A stretch of 64,000 nucleotides of DNA from Solirubrobacteraceae bacterium. GTDB lineage: Bacteria; Actinomycetota; Thermoleophilia; Solirubrobacterales; Solirubrobacteraceae. The first letter of the stretch is position 1. Each line of letters starts with the position of its first letter. A program made the position numbers and the translations under genes. Where the stretch lies: assembly GCA_965277605.1 (NCBI GenBank), contig CBDIDF010000004.1:845045-909044 (forward strand), read 5' to 3'. This document shows, one piece after another, positions 1-8,657 of the stretch. The notes under the pieces were generated by a model. The model searched no databases and was not told the DNA's origin. It saw only the letters and a program-made list of their open reading frames with translations.

Positions 1-396
1 GAAGACGGTGCCGATGACAAGCGAGATCGCGGTGCCGATGATCCCGACCTCCAGCGACACCCGCGAGCCGTAGATGACGCGGGAGGCGATGTCCTCGCCG
101 TTGGCGTCGACGCCGAACGGGTGGGCGCCGCTCGGTCCGAGCGGGCTTCCGAACGCGTCGGTCGCGTTCGGGTCCTGCACGTTGGGGCCCGCGAGGCCGA
201 ACAGGTGGGTGAGCGGCCCGGCGAAGATCGCCACGAGGATCAGCAGGATGATGATCCCGGCCGAGACCATCGCGACCCGGTCGGCGCGGAGCCGCCGCCA
301 GAACAGCGCGCGCGGCGTCCGCGCGGCGACCTCCCCGGGGAGCAGGACGACGTCCTCGGTCGCCTCCGGCTCGACGAGGAACTCGGTCGCGCTCAT
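1..396 (-). CDS. ABC transporter permease, DppC/OppC-like; N-terminal part only, the gene runs off the window start
   Basis: Reverse translation from ATG at 396 gives MSATEFLVEPEATEDVVLLPGEVAARTPRALFWRRLRADRVAMVSAGIIILLILVAIFAGPL...GVDANGEDIASRVIYGSRVSLEVGIIGTAISLVIGTVF. This has an N-terminal TM segment plus the conserved stretch typical of peptide/nickel ABC permease subunit C. It is open to the window edge, so it is absent from the ORF track. Confidence 0.7.
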   Translation of the reverse strand, partial: MSATEFLVEPEATEDVVLLPGEVAARTPRALFWRRLRADRVAMVSAGIIILLILVAIFAGPLTHLFGLAGPNVQDPNATDAFGSPLGPSGAHPFGVDANGEDIASRVIYGSRVSLEVGIIGTAISLVIGTVF

Positions 397-597
397 CGGT
401 GCGCGACCGACGTCACGGCATCAGGCTGTATTGGCACAGGCCGACTCGGCACCCCGTTCCTCCTCATTCGTTGGCAGGGAACCACATCGCGGGTCCGATG
501 TCATTCGAGATTAATGCTTCCTCAACGAAGCTGCATATCACGCAACGAATGCACGGTGCGAGACCGGACGCGACCACCGCTACGCTCGGCCGATCAC

Positions 598-671
598 GCC
601 CTCGTAGCTCAACGGATAGAGCACGCGCCTCCTAAGCGCGGGATGCAGGTTCGATTCCTGCCGGGGGTACC
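598..671 (+). tRNA. tRNA-Arg (anticodon CCT)
   Basis: Hand-folded cloverleaf: acceptor GCCCTCG/CGGGGGT (two G-U pairs), D arm GCTC-AACGGATA-GAGC, anticodon arm CGCGC-CTCCTAA-GCGCG (anticodon CCT), variable GGAT, T arm GCAGG-TTCGATT-CCTGC, discriminator A. CCA is not fully encoded. Confidence 0.85.
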
Positions 672-680
672 TGCTCTGAC

Positions 681-2174
681 ATGCCCGAGACCACCGTCGC
701 AGCGCCACCACCGCCCCGGCCGGCGACCTCGCTTCGGCGCGGGGCGCGGCCCGGGCCGCACGCGGCCACGATCGCCGCATGGTGCGCGGGGGCGGTGGCG
801 CTCGTCGCGGTCGCGGTCGGCCTGACCTCGTGGGCGCGCACCCGGCCGGGCTTCGATCCCTACGGCTGGCTGACCTGGGGGCAGATGACGCTCCACGGTG
901 GCCTGGACACGAACGCCGCGCCGTCGTGGAAGCCGCTGCCCTACGTGCTCACGCTCGTCTACGCGCTGTTTGGCCGCGCCGAGATGCGGCTGTGGCTGCT
1001 CACCGCGACGGCGGTCTCGCTGGCCGGGATGGTGTTCGCCGCGCGTCTGGCGTACCGACTGTCGGGGGCCGCTTCGACACGTCCCTGGGCGGGCTGGCTC
1101 GCCGGCGCGTTCGCGGGCGTCGCGCTGCTCGGCGTGCACGACGGTTCCTACGACTATCTGCACTACGTCCTCAGCGCGCAGTCGGACCCGATGATCGTCG
1201 CGCTCCTGCTGGCGGCGATCGACTGCCACCTGTGCCGTCGCCCGCGGGCGGCCTTCGTCCTCGGCGTGCTCGCGGCGCTCGGCCGCCCCGAGGTGTGGCC
1301 GTTCGTGCTCGCGTACGCGGTCTGGCTGTGGCGGGCGCACCGGGCGCGATGGCTGCTGGTCGCCGGCGCGGTGGCGATCGTCGCGCTGTGGTTCGGGATC
1401 CCGGCGCTCACCTCACGCTCGTGGTTCGTCGCGGGCGACAACGCGATCGGCTCGGGACGGGCTCCAGGCGGGGACCGGGTCACGACGATGATCCGTCGCC
1501 TCCTGGAGGAGAGTCCGTGGCCGATCTGGATCGCGGCGCTGCTGACGACGGGGCTCGCCGCGTGGCGCCGGGACCGAGAACGGGACCGGGTGACGCTCGC
1601 GCTGGCGGCCGGCGTCGTCGTGTGGGAGGTGATCGAGATCGCCTTCGCGCTGCACGGGTGGCCGGGGCTCGGTCGCTACCTGTTCGAGCCCTCCGCGGTC
1701 GTGATCGTGCTCGCCGGGGCGTTCGTGGGGCGGGCGCTGGCGGGCGGGCTCGGGGCCGGGGCCGGGGCGCGGGGGCTGGGATCGGCGGCCGTCGGGGCGG
1801 TGCTCGTCGCGGCGCTGCTCGCGGGCGTCATCGGGCCCGAGCTCGCCCAGGCGCGGTCAGAGCACCGCGACATCCTCGGTCAGCGGGCGCGAACCGCCGA
1901 GATCGACGCGTTGGCGCCCACGATCGACCGCCTCGGCGGGCCGGCCCGGATCCGCGCCTGCGGCGAGGCGCTCGTCGGCCTGGAGTACCAGACGCTGCTC
2001 GCCTACACGATCGGCGAGAACGTCAACCGGGTCGGGTTCAAGTACCCCCAGCCCGGACATGCCCACAACCCGATCATCCTGTTCGCCCCGGCGCCGTCCG
2101 GCGCGGGGGCCGGCTGGTCGGTGCGGGCGATGCGTCAGACCCGGCCGGAGTGCCGGTCGCTGCCGAGTGGTTGA
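681..2174 (+). CDS. Polytopic membrane protein, putative GT-C-type glycosyltransferase; paralog of 36707-38260
   Basis: 497-aa ORF with many hydrophobic segments. The N-terminal block FDPYGWLTWGQ...APSWKPLPYVL is shared with the paralog (YDPFSWVVWGR...GPSWKPLPVLF). The architecture resembles PMT_2/ArnT-like GT-C enzymes, but function is not established. The start lies only 10 nt after the tRNA, so the true start may be further downstream. Confidence 0.55.
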   Translation: MPETTVAAPPPPRPATSLRRGARPGPHAATIAAWCAGAVALVAVAVGLTSWARTRPGFDPYGWLTWGQMTLHGGLDTNAAPSWKPLPYVLTLVYALFGRAEMRLWLLTATAVSLAGMVFAARLAYRLSGAASTRPWAGWLAGAFAGVALLGVHDGSYDYLHYVLSAQSDPMIVALLLAAIDCHLCRRPRAAFVLGVLAALGRPEVWPFVLAYAVWLWRAHRARWLLVAGAVAIVALWFGIPALTSRSWFVAGDNAIGSGRAPGGDRVTTMIRRLLEESPWPIWIAALLTTGLAAWRRDRERDRVTLALAAGVVVWEVIEIAFALHGWPGLGRYLFEPSAVVIVLAGAFVGRALAGGLGAGAGARGLGSAAVGAVLVAALLAGVIGPELAQARSEHRDILGQRARTAEIDALAPTIDRLGGPARIRACGEALVGLEYQTLLAYTIGENVNRVGFKYPQPGHAHNPIILFAPAPSGAGAGWSVRAMRQTRPECRSLPSG

Positions 2175-2230
2175 GCCGGAGGCGCTGCGAGGGTCGAGCG
2201 GGCGAGGGCCGGAGGTCAGCCGTGAGGCGG

Positions 2231-2320
2231 GCCAAGCGGGCCAAGCGGGTCAAGCGGGTCAAGCGGGTCAAGCGGGTCAAGCGGGTCAAGCGGGTCAAGC
2301 GGGTCAAGCGGGTCAAGCGT
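2231..2320. repeat. Perfect 9-bp tandem array, (GYCAAGCGG) x10
   Basis: Sequence reads gccaagcgg x2, then gtcaagcgg x8 with no interruptions, followed by a degenerate copy gtcaagcgt. It lies in the intergenic region between convergent genes. Confidence 0.95.
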
Positions 2321-2494
2321 CAGGCGCGAGACGGCGCTTTTCGTGCACGGCCGAGGCGCTGCTTTTCGTGCACGCGATGCCCCAGCGCGGACCGCGTGCA
2401 CGATCGTGTTCGACAGGCCACGCCGATCCTGCACGGCCGGCGCGCCGGCGCGAACCGCGCACCAAAATCGTCGCTGGCAAGACTCCAAGCCGGA

Positions 2495-2674
2495 GTCGGC
2501 GCTCCCCTACCCGACGCCGGCGCTCCCCGCCCAACGCCGGCCCTCCCCGCCCAACGCCGGCCCTCCCCGCCCAACGCCGGCGCTCCCCGCCCAACGCCGG
2601 CGCTCCCCGCTCAACGCCGGCGCTCCCCGCCCAACGCCCGCCCTCCCCGCCCAACGCCGGCCCTCCCCACCCGA
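2495..2674. repeat. 20-bp tandem array, (CGCCGGSSCTCCCCGCCCAA), about 8-9 copies
   Basis: Exact 20-nt periodicity is visible from 2515 to 2654, with only C/G swaps at two positions; both ends carry degenerate copies. The period is not a multiple of 3. Confidence 0.95.
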
Positions 2675-2718
2675 CCCCAGCGGCGACACGCGCCCGCGAA
2701 CGGCCACCGGCCACCCGC

Positions 2719-3279
2719 TCAACCGCGGTCGGGCCGCTCCGGGTAGACCTCGTCGATCGTCGCCAGCGCCACATAGGGCGCGCCGGCGGCGGCCTCCCGG
2801 ATCTTCTCAGCGCCGCCGGCGAGCCGATCGCAGATCGCCAGCACTCCGCAGACCTCAAGCCCCTGCGCCCGGACCGCCTCCAGGGCGCGGATCGTCGAGC
2901 CGCCGGTGGTGACGACGTCCTCGACGAGCATGCAGCGGTCGCTCCCGTGCAGCAGCGGGCCCTCGATCCGCCGTGAGAGCCCGTGACTCTTGGCCTCCTT
3001 GCGCACGAAGAACGCCTTGACGTCGGCGCCGGCCGCGAGCGCCGCGCACGCGATCGGGTCGGCGCCCATCGTCATCCCGCCGACCGCGGTCGCCCCCCAC
3101 TCCGCCGCCTGGGCGGCGACGAGCTCGCCGAGCGCCTGAAAGCCGGGGCGCAGCAGGATCGCGCGCTTGGCGTCGACGAGGTAGTGCGCGGCGGCGCCGC
3201 TGGTCAGCGTGACCTCGCCGATGACGAGCGCATGGGTGCGCAGCTCGGCGAGGAGCCGTTCGCGAGCCGACTCCGACAC
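2719..3279 (-). CDS. pyrE: Orotate phosphoribosyltransferase
   Basis: 186 aa. PRPP-binding loop LVEDVVTTGGS is present, and the overall PyrE-like sequence includes SGAAAHYLVDAK...FVRKEAKSHG. Confidence 0.9.
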   Translation of the reverse strand: MSESARERLLAELRTHALVIGEVTLTSGAAAHYLVDAKRAILLRPGFQALGELVAAQAAEWGATAVGGMTMGADPIACAALAAGADVKAFFVRKEAKSHGLSRRIEGPLLHGSDRCMLVEDVVTTGGSTIRALEAVRAQGLEVCGVLAICDRLAGGAEKIREAAAGAPYVALATIDEVYPERPDRG

Positions 3280-3288
3280 GCGTCAGCC

Positions 3289-4278
3289 CTACTGGTAGAC
3301 GTCGACGACGTCGCCGAGCGCCAGCCAGTCGAAGACCGAGATCGCGTCGGAGATCGGCAGGCGCATGCAGCCGTGGCTGGCCGGGTAGTCGGGCGCCGGG
3401 TCATAGCCGTGGATCGCGTAGCCGCGGATGAAGAAGTCCGAGTAGTACATGCCGTCGGGCAGGTAGCCGGGGGTGCGCAGGTACACGCGGTAGCGGCCGA
3501 GGATCGTCGGCGTCGACGGCTTGCCCGAGCTGATCGGATAGATCGTCTGGACCTTGGCGCCCTGGATGAGCGCGAGCAGCTGTTTGCCCAGGTCGCCCTC
3601 GACGTGCCTGCCGTCCTTCGGATACCGGACGGTGAACGCGCCCTTGCCGTCGAGCAGCGCGGTGAGCGTCGGCCCGTCGAGGGTCTGCGAGGTGCCGCGG
3701 CCGAGCAGGCGGTGGTAGGCGTCGATCGCCAGGCTCGTCTGCAGGTCCCACCGACCCGACTGCGGCATGTAGACGTGCCGCTTGGCCAGGCGCTGCTGCA
3801 CGAGCGTCGCGAACAGGGGCGAGCTCGTCACCGGGTCCAGCGCGTCGACGTTGCGCCGGACGGTGAAGCCCTGGAGCTTGGCGCTGCGCTCGTGGCTCGC
3901 CTCGAGGCGCAGCGTTCCGTGGCCGGGGGCGACGACGGTGCCGATGAACTCGCCGCTGTGTCCGCCCTTGACCGGATGGACGAGCAGGCGGTGGCTGGAG
4001 ATGCGCTTCGTGCCCAGGTAGGCGGTGAGGGTCACCTTCTGGTTGGGAACGTAGGGGCGTACGACACCGGTGACCTGCATCGGGCGACCCGGCACGTCGA
4101 CGGTCTGGTGGTCGACGAAGAACGCGTCGTAGAGGTAGAGCGTCGCGGTCGCCTTGACCGCGGGGGCGGCCCGCTTGTGCTTGGTCACGGACTTGGCGAG
4201 GGCCCCCCCGGCAAGCAGGCCGAAGGAGGCGGTGGCGGCAGCCAGCGCCGCGATGGTGGAGATGAGATGGCGACGCAT
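3289..4278 (-). CDS. Secreted L,D-transpeptidase (YkuD domain)
   Basis: The C-terminal YkuD catalytic region is IHGY...ASHGCMRLP. I chose the start at MRRHLISTIAALAAATASFGLLAGGALA (ATG 4278) because it gives a signal peptide. The ORF track extends to 4317. Confidence 0.85.
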   Translation of the reverse strand: MRRHLISTIAALAAATASFGLLAGGALAKSVTKHKRAAPAVKATATLYLYDAFFVDHQTVDVPGRPMQVTGVVRPYVPNQKVTLTAYLGTKRISSHRLLVHPVKGGHSGEFIGTVVAPGHGTLRLEASHERSAKLQGFTVRRNVDALDPVTSSPLFATLVQQRLAKRHVYMPQSGRWDLQTSLAIDAYHRLLGRGTSQTLDGPTLTALLDGKGAFTVRYPKDGRHVEGDLGKQLLALIQGAKVQTIYPISSGKPSTPTILGRYRVYLRTPGYLPDGMYYSDFFIRGYAIHGYDPAPDYPASHGCMRLPISDAISVFDWLALGDVVDVYQ

Positions 4279-4344
4279 GGTGCGCGCAAGTAAATCACTC
4301 GGGCCCCGCGCCGGCACCCGGGCCTGATCCCGGCCCGACTCGAG

Positions 4345-5169
4345 CTAGGCCAGCGCCCGCGAGCGGGCGCCGAGCGGGCCTACGACGAGTGCGATCACCA
4401 GCCACGCGCCGACGATCAGCGCCACCGAGGCTCCGACGCTCCAGTGCAGCTGGACGGCGAGCGCGAGCGAGTTGTTGCCGCTGTGCAGCGCCATCCCCGG
4501 GTACAGCGACTTGGTGCGCCAGCGCACCAGGCAGAGCACGAAGCCGAGGAAGCCCAGCGGGATCAGGTACTGCGGGTTGGCCGAGCCGGTGTGGGCCAGG
4601 CCGAACAGGATCCCGACGACGACCGCGGCCACCCACGGGCCGAGCTCACGGCCGGCGACCCCCAGGTGGAGCTTGCGCAACGTGCCGAACAGGTAGCCGC
4701 GGAAGATCGTCTCCTCGCACATCGGGGCCACCGCGCACACGAACACCGCCGTGCCGAACACCGCCCAGTGGCTGCGGCGCAGGCCGAACCCGCTCGGGAG
4801 CTTGTCGGAGCCGTGCAGCGAGAACACGAGCGAGTAGACATCGGTGAGCACGTAGTAGGCGATCGCCGCCGCCGCGATCGAGCCGATCGCGACCTTCCAG
4901 CCGACACGCCGGAAGCCGAACGCCGCGGGACGGGCGCCCCCGTTGGTGTGGGCCACGACCACGATCGCGACGATGAACCCCAGGTCGAAGACGATCGAGC
5001 CGACGATCTCCATCGCCGGCGTCGGGTGGCTCGTGCTCGCGCCGTTTCCCGACCCGATCGCGTAGACGATCGTGGTGAAGATCTCGGCGAGCACGAAGCC
5101 GACCACGGCGGCCGGGACGGCCGTCCACCAACCCCACGGCGGCAGGTCGTCGCTGTCGTCGGCGATCAC
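4345..5169 (-). CDS. CPBP family intramembrane glutamic endopeptidase (CAAX protease-like)
   Basis: Motifs EETIFRGYLF, FGLAHTG and HSGNN sit in a polytopic membrane protein. I chose the GTG start at 5169; the longer track ORF to 5406 is Arg-rich and overlaps the upstream HAD gene. Confidence 0.8.
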   Translation of the reverse strand: MIADDSDDLPPWGWWTAVPAAVVGFVLAEIFTTIVYAIGSGNGASTSHPTPAMEIVGSIVFDLGFIVAIVVVAHTNGGARPAAFGFRRVGWKVAIGSIAAAAIAYYVLTDVYSLVFSLHGSDKLPSGFGLRRSHWAVFGTAVFVCAVAPMCEETIFRGYLFGTLRKLHLGVAGRELGPWVAAVVVGILFGLAHTGSANPQYLIPLGFLGFVLCLVRWRTKSLYPGMALHSGNNSLALAVQLHWSVGASVALIVGAWLVIALVVGPLGARSRALA

Positions 5170-5210
5170 GCCGCTGAGCTTAGGGCCCGCGACCCGCCAG
5201 TCGCGAGCCC

Positions 5211-5900
5211 TCACCGGCCGTCGGGCCACGGCCACGCCAGCTCGTCCAGCCCGCCGATCACGTCCACCCGATCGCCGCGCTCGCGGCCGCGATCGAGCAG
5301 CACCGCGCGGATTCCCGCCGCGCGGGCGCCGGCCACGTCCTCCGCCGCCGAGTCCCCGACGTGGACGGCCCGTCCGGGCTCCACGTCGGCGAGCGCGAGC
5401 GCGCACTGAAAGATCGCGGGGTCGGGCTTGCGCGCGCCGGCCGCCGCCGAGGTGACGACGCCGTGCAGCAGCGGCGCCAGGCCGACGCGCTCGAGCACGC
5501 CGGCCAGCGATACGTCCCAGTTGGACACGACGACGACGCGTGCGCCCGCCGCGCGCACCCGCACGAGGGCGTCGCGCGCATCGGCGAACGCGCGAAAGCG
5601 CAGCGCCGCGAGCAGCGCCTCGGTCATCGCCGCCGGCCCGACATCGGCCAGCCGGGGCCCGAGCGCCTCGCCGAGCACGGCGGCGCAGCGGGCGTGCAGC
5701 CGCGCAAGCGACTCGGCGTCGCGTCCCTCCTGCATGTGCGCGCGGTAGTAGACGATCTCCGCCCGCAGCGCTGCGCCGGCGGTGGCCTCGTCAACGGCGA
5801 CCCCGAACCGGCGCGCCAGCTCGGCGGCGAGCGCGGGCGCGGGAGCCTCGAGCTCGACGAGCGTGCCCATGGCATCGATGAACAGCGCGTCGCGGTGCAT
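5211..5900 (-). CDS. HAD-superfamily hydrolase (subfamily IA-like)
   Basis: Motif I is FIDAMGTLV, with VVVSNWD, GARKPDPAIF and VHVGDSAAEDVAGARAAG also present. The start is at ATG 5900 (MHRDALFID). Confidence 0.8.
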   Translation of the reverse strand: MHRDALFIDAMGTLVELEAPAPALAAELARRFGVAVDEATAGAALRAEIVYYRAHMQEGRDAESLARLHARCAAVLGEALGPRLADVGPAAMTEALLAALRFRAFADARDALVRVRAAGARVVVVSNWDVSLAGVLERVGLAPLLHGVVTSAAAGARKPDPAIFQCALALADVEPGRAVHVGDSAAEDVAGARAAGIRAVLLDRGRERGDRVDVIGGLDELAWPWPDGR

Positions 5901-6010
5901 GGCGCCGTGCGATCTTCCCACGCGGGCCGCTCGAGGCAGGAGCCCGAACCGACGAGCCGAAACCCCTCCACAGCTACACTCGGCTGTCCGGCCCGCGGCG
6001 TCGTCACCAC

Positions 6011-8290
6011 ATGACGCCGAGCGCGGCCGCCCCGCCACACCCCATCATGAGCCGACGCGATCGTCAGCGCCGACGGCGGCGCAACCGCGGTTCCCCGCTC
6101 GGGCGCGTCGTCGCGCTCGGCGGCGTGCTCGTGCTGTCGGCGGCGGTGCTCGGCGCGCTGGCGATCGCCGGATGGGTCGTCAACGTCGCGCACTCGGCGC
6201 CGAACCTCAGCTCCGTGCATCCGACGACGCCGGGCTCGCCCTCGGAGGTGTTCGCGGCCGACGGGACGCCGCTGGGCTACATCTACTCTCCTGACGTCCA
6301 CACGCTGGTCTCGGGCAGCGTGATCCCGAAGCGGCTCAAGCAGGCGACGGTCGCGATCGAGGATCGGCGCTTCTACCAGCACGGCGCACTGGACTACCAG
6401 GGCATCCTGCGCGCCGCGATCAAGGACGCGCTCAACGGCCGCACCTCGCTGCAGGGAGCCTCGACGCTGACGATGCAGCTCGTCGACAACGTCTACCTCC
6501 CCGCCCGGTACAAGCGGGCACGCGCGCAGCGCGACCTGAAGTACAAGATCGTCCAGGCCAAGCTCGCCACCCAGCTCGAGGCCAAGCACTCCAAGTCATG
6601 GATCCTCGACAACTACCTCAACAACGTCCCCTACGGCACCGTCGGCGGGCAGACCGCCTACGGCGTCGGGGCGGCGTCGATGATGTTCTTCGACCGGCCC
6701 GTGCAGGACCTGACGCTCGATCAGGCGGCGCTGCTCGCCGGCCTGCCGCAGGCGCCCTCGGGGTACAACCCGTTCGTCGACCGCTCCGCCGCCCGCCAGC
6801 GGCGCTCCGAGGTGCTCCAGGCGATGGTCACCGCGGGCAAGATCACGGGCCATCAGGCCGCCGTCGAGAACCGCCGCCCGCTCGAGGTCAAGGCCGACTC
6901 CCTGTACCAGAAGCGGGTCGATCCCTACGTGTTCGACTACATCGAGCAGTCGGTCCGGCAGGACCTGTGCCCCAAGACCCCGAATCGGTGCGCGACCCTG
7001 ACCCACGGCGGCCTGAAGATCTACACGACGATCGACCTGCGCAAGCAGGCGCAGGCGACCGCCGCGATCCACGACAACGCGCCCCTGCTCGCCTCCCAGG
7101 GCGGTCCCGGCGTCGGCGCCGGCCTCGCCTCGGTCGACGCCGCCACCGGTCACATCGAGGCGATCGCGACCTCGGGCAGCTATGTGACCACCAAGGTCAA
7201 CTACGCCACGCAGGCCAGCCGCCAGACCGGCTCGGCGTTCAAGGTGTTCGCGCTGATGGAGTTGATCCACGACTTCCATGGCGATCCCAACTCCACCTAT
7301 TACACGTCCAAGGCGCTGCCCGCGGGCTGGCTGCCCGCCGATCCGACCTGGTCGGTGCACACCGACACGAACACCTACAACGGAACGGTCAACCTGACCG
7401 ACGCGACCGCGATCTCCGACAACACCGTGTTCGCCCAGCTGTCGGCCGACATGGGCAACACCGTGGCGGGCGACAAGCTCGACGCGATCGCCCACGCGAT
7501 GGGGATCACCTCGACCCTGAACGGCAACGCCTCCGAGGTGCTCGGCGGCCTGACCAATGGGACGACGCCGCTGCAGATGGCCGACGCCTACGCGACGATC
7601 GCCGACGGCGGCACCCACCACGCCCCGACGATCATCGGCAAGGTCGTCTTCCAGGACGGTTCCACGCGCGACTTCGGCGCCCCCAAGCCGACGAACGTGT
7701 TCCCCTACAACGAGACCTACGCGGCCGACACGGTGCTCAAGGGCGTGCTCACCAAGGCCGGGGCGACCGGCACGACGGCCAACTACGGGTGCCCGGCGGC
7801 CGGCAAGACCGGGACTGCCGAGAACTATGCCAACGCCTGGTTCGTCGGCTACACCCCGAAGGTGTCCACCGCGGTGTGGGTCGGCAACCCGACGGGCAAC
7901 GTCCCGATGATCAACGGCTTCGGCGGCGTCCTGGCGGCGCCGATCTGGAAGCAGTACATGGAGAGCACCGACGGCGGCTACTGCGGCGACTGGACCCCAC
8001 CGACGGTGCCGTTCAGCGGCACCGCGTTCTCCGGGCCGCACTCGTCGAGCGGCTCGTCGAGCACGCCTGCATCCGGCGCCTCGACCTCGACGGTCCCCGG
8101 CGCCACCACATCGGGCACCACGCCGGCGACGCCCACGACCGGCGCCACCACCCCGAGCCCGACGGGGAACACCGGCGCGGGGGCGGGCACGGGCGCGACC
8201 GGCGGGACGGCCGGCGGCACGGCCGGCACCGGCGGCACCGGCGGAGCGGCCCCCTCGGGCGGCGCCGGCGTCGGTCCCACCACCCACTGA
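6011..8290 (+). CDS. Class A penicillin-binding protein (bifunctional transglycosylase/transpeptidase)
   Basis: GT51 motifs EDRRFYQHGALD and GASTLTMQL are present. Transpeptidase motifs are SAFK (SxxK), SDN and KTGT. The C-terminal ~110 aa is a Ser/Thr/Gly/Pro low-complexity tail. The alternative start is MSRRD at 6047. Confidence 0.9.
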   Translation: MTPSAAAPPHPIMSRRDRQRRRRRNRGSPLGRVVALGGVLVLSAAVLGALAIAGWVVNVAHSAPNLSSVHPTTPGSPSEVFAADGTPLGYIYSPDVHTLVSGSVIPKRLKQATVAIEDRRFYQHGALDYQGILRAAIKDALNGRTSLQGASTLTMQLVDNVYLPARYKRARAQRDLKYKIVQAKLATQLEAKHSKSWILDNYLNNVPYGTVGGQTAYGVGAASMMFFDRPVQDLTLDQAALLAGLPQAPSGYNPFVDRSAARQRRSEVLQAMVTAGKITGHQAAVENRRPLEVKADSLYQKRVDPYVFDYIEQSVRQDLCPKTPNRCATLTHGGLKIYTTIDLRKQAQATAAIHDNAPLLASQGGPGVGAGLASVDAATGHIEAIATSGSYVTTKVNYATQASRQTGSAFKVFALMELIHDFHGDPNSTYYTSKALPAGWLPADPTWSVHTDTNTYNGTVNLTDATAISDNTVFAQLSADMGNTVAGDKLDAIAHAMGITSTLNGNASEVLGGLTNGTTPLQMADAYATIADGGTHHAPTIIGKVVFQDGSTRDFGAPKPTNVFPYNETYAADTVLKGVLTKAGATGTTANYGCPAAGKTGTAENYANAWFVGYTPKVSTAVWVGNPTGNVPMINGFGGVLAAPIWKQYMESTDGGYCGDWTPPTVPFSGTAFSGPHSSSGSSSTPASGASTSTVPGATTSGTTPATPTTGATTPSPTGNTGAGAGTGATGGTAGGTAGTGGTGGAAPSGGAGVGPTTH

Positions 8291-8404
8291 CGCCGTCCCC
8301 GCGCCCTTCGGGCCCGTCACAGACCCCTACAGCGCAACTGGCGTCGGCTGGTAGCCTCGCTGCTCGGGCCCGCGCTGACGCGTGCTCTGACCACAAGGAA
8401 CTGA

Positions 8405-8626
8405 ATGCCGAAGGAAGAGAAGGTCGAGCTCGAGGGCGAAGTGGTGGAGGCGTTGCCCAACGCGATGTTCCGCGTCAAGCTCGACAACATGGATCGCGTC
8501 GTGCTCGGTCACGTGGCCGGCAAGATGCGACGCTTCCGGATCCGCATCCTGCCCGGCGATCGTGTGCGCGTGGAGCTCTCGCCCTACGATCTCGACCGCG
8601 CGCGGATCGTCTACCGCCACCGCTGA
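8405..8626 (+). CDS. infA: Translation initiation factor IF-1
   Basis: 73 aa: [28 protein letters not shown]...RIVYRHR, a canonical IF-1 S1-fold sequence. Confidence 0.95.
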   Translation: MPKEEKVELEGEVVEALPNAMFRVKLDNMDRVVLGHVAGKMRRFRIRILPGDRVRVELSPYDLDRARIVYRHR

Positions 8627-8657
8627 GCCGCCGCCCAGGCCGGCCAGGAGCCTGGAG

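Noticed and set aside
2231-2320. The 9-bp array as a coding peptide repeat. Depending on frame and strand it would read KRV, GQA, LTR or DPL.
   Set aside because: No frame has protein-like sequence on both sides of the array. The flanking genes end at 2174 and 2719, and the only ORFs containing the array are Arg-rich shadow ORFs.
2495-2674. The 20-bp direct repeat array as a CRISPR array.
   Set aside because: The repeats are contiguous with no spacers, the unit is only 20 bp, and no cas genes are nearby.
779-2746. Very long ORFs in the track that overlap or oppose the called genes. Examples are 779-2746(+), 6598-8676(+), 6596-8320(-), 33522-35321(-), 36680-38086(-), 36886-38796(+), 58096-59940(-) and 53805-55583(-).
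   Set aside because: Their translations are dominated by Arg/Pro/Gly/Ala runs with no recognisable motifs. Each one shadows a gene with clear family signatures in another frame. This is the expected stop-codon-poor behaviour of DNA with around 70% GC or more.
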